64,000 bases of DNA from Spirochaetia bacterium (GTDB lineage Bacteria; Spirochaetota; Spirochaetia; CADAEX01), in the NCBI GenBank assembly GCA_963662795.1, contig OY759746.1, positions 3,264,001-3,328,000 on the forward strand, given 5' to 3'. The translations under genes were made by a program, and so were the position numbers. Shown here one piece after another: positions 59,918-64,000 of the stretch (position 1 is its first letter; every line of letters begins with the position of its first letter). The notes beneath the pieces are model-generated. The model did not search any database, had not been told where the DNA came from, and saw nothing but the letters and a program-made list of their open reading frames with translations.

Positions 59918-60847
59918 ATGAATCTTGAATTATTTGTACTGGGCTGCGGCGGAATGATGCCATTACCGGGAAGACATCTTACCTCGGTTCTTTTACGGAG
60001 AGACGGCGAGCTATTTCTTTTTGACTGCGGAGAGGCAACCCAGATTTCTTTAAAAAAACTGAACCTGAAATGGAAAAAAATTTCAGTAATATTAATATCG
60101 CATATGCATGCGGACCATGTTACAGGACTCCCCGGCATATTAATGCTCTCATCCCAGGTAGACCGGGATGATCCTCTGTATATTATTGGACCGCCCAGGA
60201 TAGGCGAGTATATCGAAGAAAACAGAAGAATTCTTGATATGTATATCAACTATAAAATTGAAGTAATTGAAGTTGAAGAACCAGGTGTTGTTTTCAGGGG
60301 TGATAATTATTACATAGAAGCTTTCAGACTTGATCATACCAAGCCCTGTTTCGGCTATACTTTTACAGAAGATAAAAGACCCGGCATATTTTACCCTGAT
60401 AAAGCTTCTGCTCTTGAAATTCCCAAGGGAAAATTGTGGGCGCAGCTTCAGGGCGGGAATAATGTGGAACTTGAAGATGGTAAAGTCATTACCCCTCAGA
60501 TGGTAACAGGAGATCAAAGAAGCGGAAGAAAATTCAGTTTTGTAACAGATACTGCCTATTTTCCCGAACTAGGCGATAACGTAAAGGATTCAGATGTTCT
60601 GATCTGTGAGGGGATGTTTACGGAAGAGCTGGCAGAAAGTGCTGCGGCAAAAAAACATCTTACAGCAAAACAGGCTGCAACTATAGCACAGGATGCCGGA
60701 GGTATAGATAAAATGGGTTTAATCCATTACAGTCCCCGGTATAATGACAGGGATACGCTTGCTCTTCTCGAAGAAGCCAAAAAAATATTTCCGGATACAT
60801 TTCTTACTCGCGACAGACAGATTATAGATATTAAGTATAAAGATTAA
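59918..60847 (+). CDS. rnz: Ribonuclease Z
   Basis: FDCGEATQ, SHMHADHVTGLPG, exosite, HYSPRY. Confidence 0.95.
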   Translation: MNLELFVLGCGGMMPLPGRHLTSVLLRRDGELFLFDCGEATQISLKKLNLKWKKISVILISHMHADHVTGLPGILMLSSQVDRDDPLYIIGPPRIGEYIEENRRILDMYINYKIEVIEVEEPGVVFRGDNYYIEAFRLDHTKPCFGYTFTEDKRPGIFYPDKASALEIPKGKLWAQLQGGNNVELEDGKVITPQMVTGDQRSGRKFSFVTDTAYFPELGDNVKDSDVLICEGMFTEELAESAAAKKHLTAKQAATIAQDAGGIDKMGLIHYSPRYNDRDTLALLEEAKKIFPDTFLTRDRQIIDIKYKD

Positions 60848-60880
60848 TTCTGAACAAAAATCTTGGAGGTATCAGTAACT

Positions 60881-61828
60881 ATGATACAGGCAGAAGGTAT
60901 TGAAAAAAAATACGGAACATTTAAGGCAGTTGATGATGTTTCAATGAGCATCGGCCGCGGGGAAATTGTAGGTTTGCTTGGTCCCAACGGAGCCGGAAAA
61001 ACTACAATCATGAAAATTCTTACAGGATATCATCTACCTACAAAAGGTACAGCTGTCATCAACAGTCATGATGTCTACAGGGAACCTTTAAAGGTAAAAG
61101 AGTCAATCGGATATCTTCCTGAAATGGCTCCTCTTTACACAGATCTTACAGTACTCGAATATCTTTCCTTTATATGTGATGTGCGCAAAATAGGCAAAGA
61201 TAAAAGAAAGGACGCACTGGACAGGGTTATTTTTGAATGCGGTCTTGAACAGGTAATCAACCGTCCTATTGATAAAATCTCAAAAGGATATAAACAAAGA
61301 ACGGGACTTGCACAGGCAATTATTCACTCCCCGGAAATTCTTGTTCTTGATGAGCCTACATCGGGACTTGACCCTAATCAGATTATTGAAATCAGAAAGC
61401 TTATTCAAAAAATAGGAAAGGATAAAACCATTATTCTTTCTACTCACATCCTTCAGGAAGTTGAAGCAGTCTGCAACAGGGTGCTTATCCTCAATCAGGG
61501 TAAAATTGCGGCCCGCGGTACAACGGAAGAGATAAGACGGGAAATGAAGGGTGATTTCCGCTTTTCACTGGAACTTAAGACTGATGCGCCTGATAAAACA
61601 AGAGGATCACTTGAAAAACTTGATGCGGTTAACAAAATCATGTTATTCGAACCTTCTCAAAAAGGGAATATTGATATCCGGCTTTCAGTTAAGGACGAAA
61701 TATCAAGTGGTGAGGCATTATTCGACTGGGCAGTTAAAAACAACTGCAAAATATTATCCATGATTCCCGAGAAAGTAAGTCTTGAGGATATCTTTATCAA
61801 ATTGACCACTCAGGGGGAGGCAAAATGA
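60881..61828 (+). CDS. ABC-2 ATP-binding protein (GldA-like)
   Basis: GPNGAGKTT, SKGYKQR, DEPTSGLDPNQI; GGAGG RBS. Confidence 0.92.
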   Translation: MIQAEGIEKKYGTFKAVDDVSMSIGRGEIVGLLGPNGAGKTTIMKILTGYHLPTKGTAVINSHDVYREPLKVKESIGYLPEMAPLYTDLTVLEYLSFICDVRKIGKDKRKDALDRVIFECGLEQVINRPIDKISKGYKQRTGLAQAIIHSPEILVLDEPTSGLDPNQIIEIRKLIQKIGKDKTIILSTHILQEVEAVCNRVLILNQGKIAARGTTEEIRREMKGDFRFSLELKTDAPDKTRGSLEKLDAVNKIMLFEPSQKGNIDIRLSVKDEISSGEALFDWAVKNNCKILSMIPEKVSLEDIFIKLTTQGEAK

Positions 61829-62538
61829 ACATGCTTGGGTTATACAAGAAAGAACTTAAATCATATTTCAATTCACCGATTGCGTACCTGGTAGTCCTTT
61901 TTTTTGTTGTCTTTTCTAATGTATATTTTTTCTTTTTCAATCAGTTTTTTTCAAAAAACATAGCAACTTTAAGAGGATATTTCGCGCTTATGCCGGTTAT
62001 TTTTATTATTCTCATTCCTTCGATAACCATGAGATCCTGGGCAGAGGAAAAGAAAACAGGAACAGATGAGCTGCTTTTAACGCTTCCTTTAACAGACTGG
62101 CAGCTTGTTATGGCAAAATTTTTAAGCTCATTTGTTCTTCTTTCAATAATGCTTGGAGCGACACTGTTTGTTCCTTTTACTGTAAATGTGCTTGGAGATT
62201 TCGAAACAGGACAGATAATTGGTGAATATATCGGAGCCCTGCTTCTTGGTGCTGCAGGTCTTGCAATAGGGCAGTTTATTTCTTCAGTCACATCCAACCA
62301 GATAAGCGCCTATATTTTCAGCGTTGTTGCTCTTCTTTTTATTACTATAATCGGAGAAGCATCAATAATATTTAATCCTTCAGCAAGGCTTGGTAATGTA
62401 CTCAGCTATTTATCTTTTTCGTTCCATTTTGAATCTTTCAGAAAAGGATTACTTGATACCAGGGACCTTCTTTATTTCCTGATTATCATCTTTTATTTCC
62501 TGTATCTGAATATTAAAGTCATAAAAATTAGAAAATAG
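61825..62538 (+). CDS. ABC-2 permease (GldF-like)
   Basis: KELKSYFNSPIAY, TMRSWAEEKKTGT. Confidence 0.92.
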   Translation: MNMLGLYKKELKSYFNSPIAYLVVLFFVVFSNVYFFFFNQFFSKNIATLRGYFALMPVIFIILIPSITMRSWAEEKKTGTDELLLTLPLTDWQLVMAKFLSSFVLLSIMLGATLFVPFTVNVLGDFETGQIIGEYIGALLLGAAGLAIGQFISSVTSNQISAYIFSVVALLFITIIGEASIIFNPSARLGNVLSYLSFSFHFESFRKGLLDTRDLLYFLIIIFYFLYLNIKVIKIRK

Positions 62539-62552
62539 CAGGAGATTGAAAA

Positions 62553-64000
62553 ATGCAGAAAAAACAACTAAAGGAAATTATTTTAATAGTTTTAACAACA
62601 ATAATTATTATACTTACCGCTTTAAACAGCGTAATTTATTTCAGCCGCCTGGATTTGACAGAAAATAAATCTTTTACATTATCTTCTGCGACAAAAAAGA
62701 TTATTTCTTCCATCCCGGAAAAAGTACATATTACTTATTATATCTCAGACAAAATAAAAACCATAACGCCTGTCGCGGCTGAGATTGAAGATCTTCTTAT
62801 GGAATATGCTGCCCATTCGAAAGGAAGTATTGATACAGTTTCCATTGATCCAGGGAAATATAATCTTACCACCAAGGCTCAGAATCTTGGCATTCAGCCT
62901 CAGCAGGTTGAAGTTGTTGAAAAGAATGAACAGACCTATGCAATGGTTTACTCAGGTATAACAATACAGTATCTGGATAAATATGAGACAATCCCTTTTA
63001 TATTGAATCTTGAGACGCTGGAATACGAACTTACAAGTAAGATAAGAAAGATGGTCGAAAATCTCGATCCTTCCATTGGTATTCTGATTGGCGATTCAAG
63101 AAGAACTATGGATGACCATTATAAATTTCTGAAAGAAAAAATAGAAATGTCATGGAAACTGGATATTATCGAAAAAGGTGTTGAAATCCCCATAACGACA
63201 TCTGTTCTGGCCGTTATAGGTAACAAGGATTTGTCTGAAGGTGATATGCTTTATATCGATGAGTATATCATGAATGGCGGAAAAGTCCTGTTCTGCATTG
63301 ACGGAGTTGATGTAGACATGATGAATAATTTTTCTGTTATAAAACTTGAAGATTCTCCTGCTATCGCAATGCTGGCTAAATACGGGATTAAAATTAAAAA
63401 TGATGTAGTGCTGGATAAATATTCAAAGCGGATACCTTTAAGGGGTTCATTCCCGCTTGTTTATCCGCAATGGATTGGTATAACAGCACAAAACGTTTCA
63501 AAGGACAATCCTGTAACAAGCAGATTCGCCGGGCTTGATTTATTATGGGCAAGCAGTGTTGAAATACAGGAAAAACAAGAGAACGTAAAATATGAAAAAA
63601 TCCTTTCTTCAACCGACCAGGCATGGACGATGGAGAATAATATTTCTGTAAATCCTTATGAAGTAAGTCTTGCGGCCTCATATAAAGGAGATGATCAGAG
63701 ACAGATAGACCTAGGGTATGTTGCTTCAGGCCAGTTTAAAAGCGCTTACACAGACAGGACAGGAAAAGATACAAGAATTATGGTAATCGGAGACTCGGAC
63801 TTTCTTTCTGATATGATCCAGTTTTCAGACAGTCCCTATAATATAATGTTCTTTGAAAATGCTGCTGAATGGCTTTCAAATGACGAATCATTGATTCAGA
63901 TAAAGACAAAGAGTAAAAGAGATTTAAGACTCAATAAGATTGAAACCCCTGAAGGGCAGATTAAAGCAATTTTGTTTGTGTATCTTGTAAATATTGTACT
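62553..64000 (+). CDS. GldG-family ABC auxiliary component (partial)
   Basis: ATG 62553; RLDLTENKSFTLS, LEYELTSKI, VIGDSDF, NAAEWL; runs off the window end. Confidence 0.88.
   Translation, partial: MQKKQLKEIILIVLTTIIIILTALNSVIYFSRLDLTENKSFTLSSATKKIISSIPEKVHITYYISDKIKTITPVAAEIEDLLMEYAAHSKGSIDTVSIDPGKYNLTTKAQNLGIQPQQVEVVEKNEQTYAMVYSGITIQYLDKYETIPFILNLETLEYELTSKIRKMVENLDPSIGILIGDSRRTMDDHYKFLKEKIEMSWKLDIIEKGVEIPITTSVLAVIGNKDLSEGDMLYIDEYIMNGGKVLFCIDGVDVDMMNNFSVIKLEDSPAIAMLAKYGIKIKNDVVLDKYSKRIPLRGSFPLVYPQWIGITAQNVSKDNPVTSRFAGLDLLWASSVEIQEKQENVKYEKILSSTDQAWTMENNISVNPYEVSLAASYKGDDQRQIDLGYVASGQFKSAYTDRTGKDTRIMVIGDSDFLSDMIQFSDSPYNIMFFENAAEWLSNDESLIQIKTKSKRDLRLNKIETPEGQIKAILFVYLVNIV

Overview
The window looks like chromosomal DNA from an AT-rich anaerobic bacterium, probably a free-living spirochaete (inferred from gene content and order). 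About 0.95-18.5 kb is an accessory island between convergent tRNA-Asp(GTC, +) and tRNA-Phe(GAA, -) genes. It holds a Type IC restriction-modification locus with an embedded RhuM-family gene (hsdM-rhuM-hsdS-hsdR) and an uncharacterised PD-(D/E)XK nuclease with an extra C-terminal domain. It also holds a decayed AbiE toxin-antitoxin pair whose halves are separated by an intact, very AT-rich ROK regulator + ABC transporter + TIM-barrel enzyme cassette. The rest is mostly housekeeping: ileS, hisH/hisF, thiI with a cysteine desulfurase, hrpA, hisS, pcnB, rnfCDGEAB, prfB (+1 frameshift), ftsY, Lol-type ABC, mcsA-mcsB-clpC, rnz and a GldAFG-like ABC. Oddities are an orphan Cas2-like gene heading the prfB operon, apparently catalytically degenerate McsB and GH57 proteins, a collapsed multicopper oxidase pseudogene, and repeated leaderless-type promoters. 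No CRISPR array, integrase or transposase was seen. All family calls come from motif recognition by eye, not database searches.
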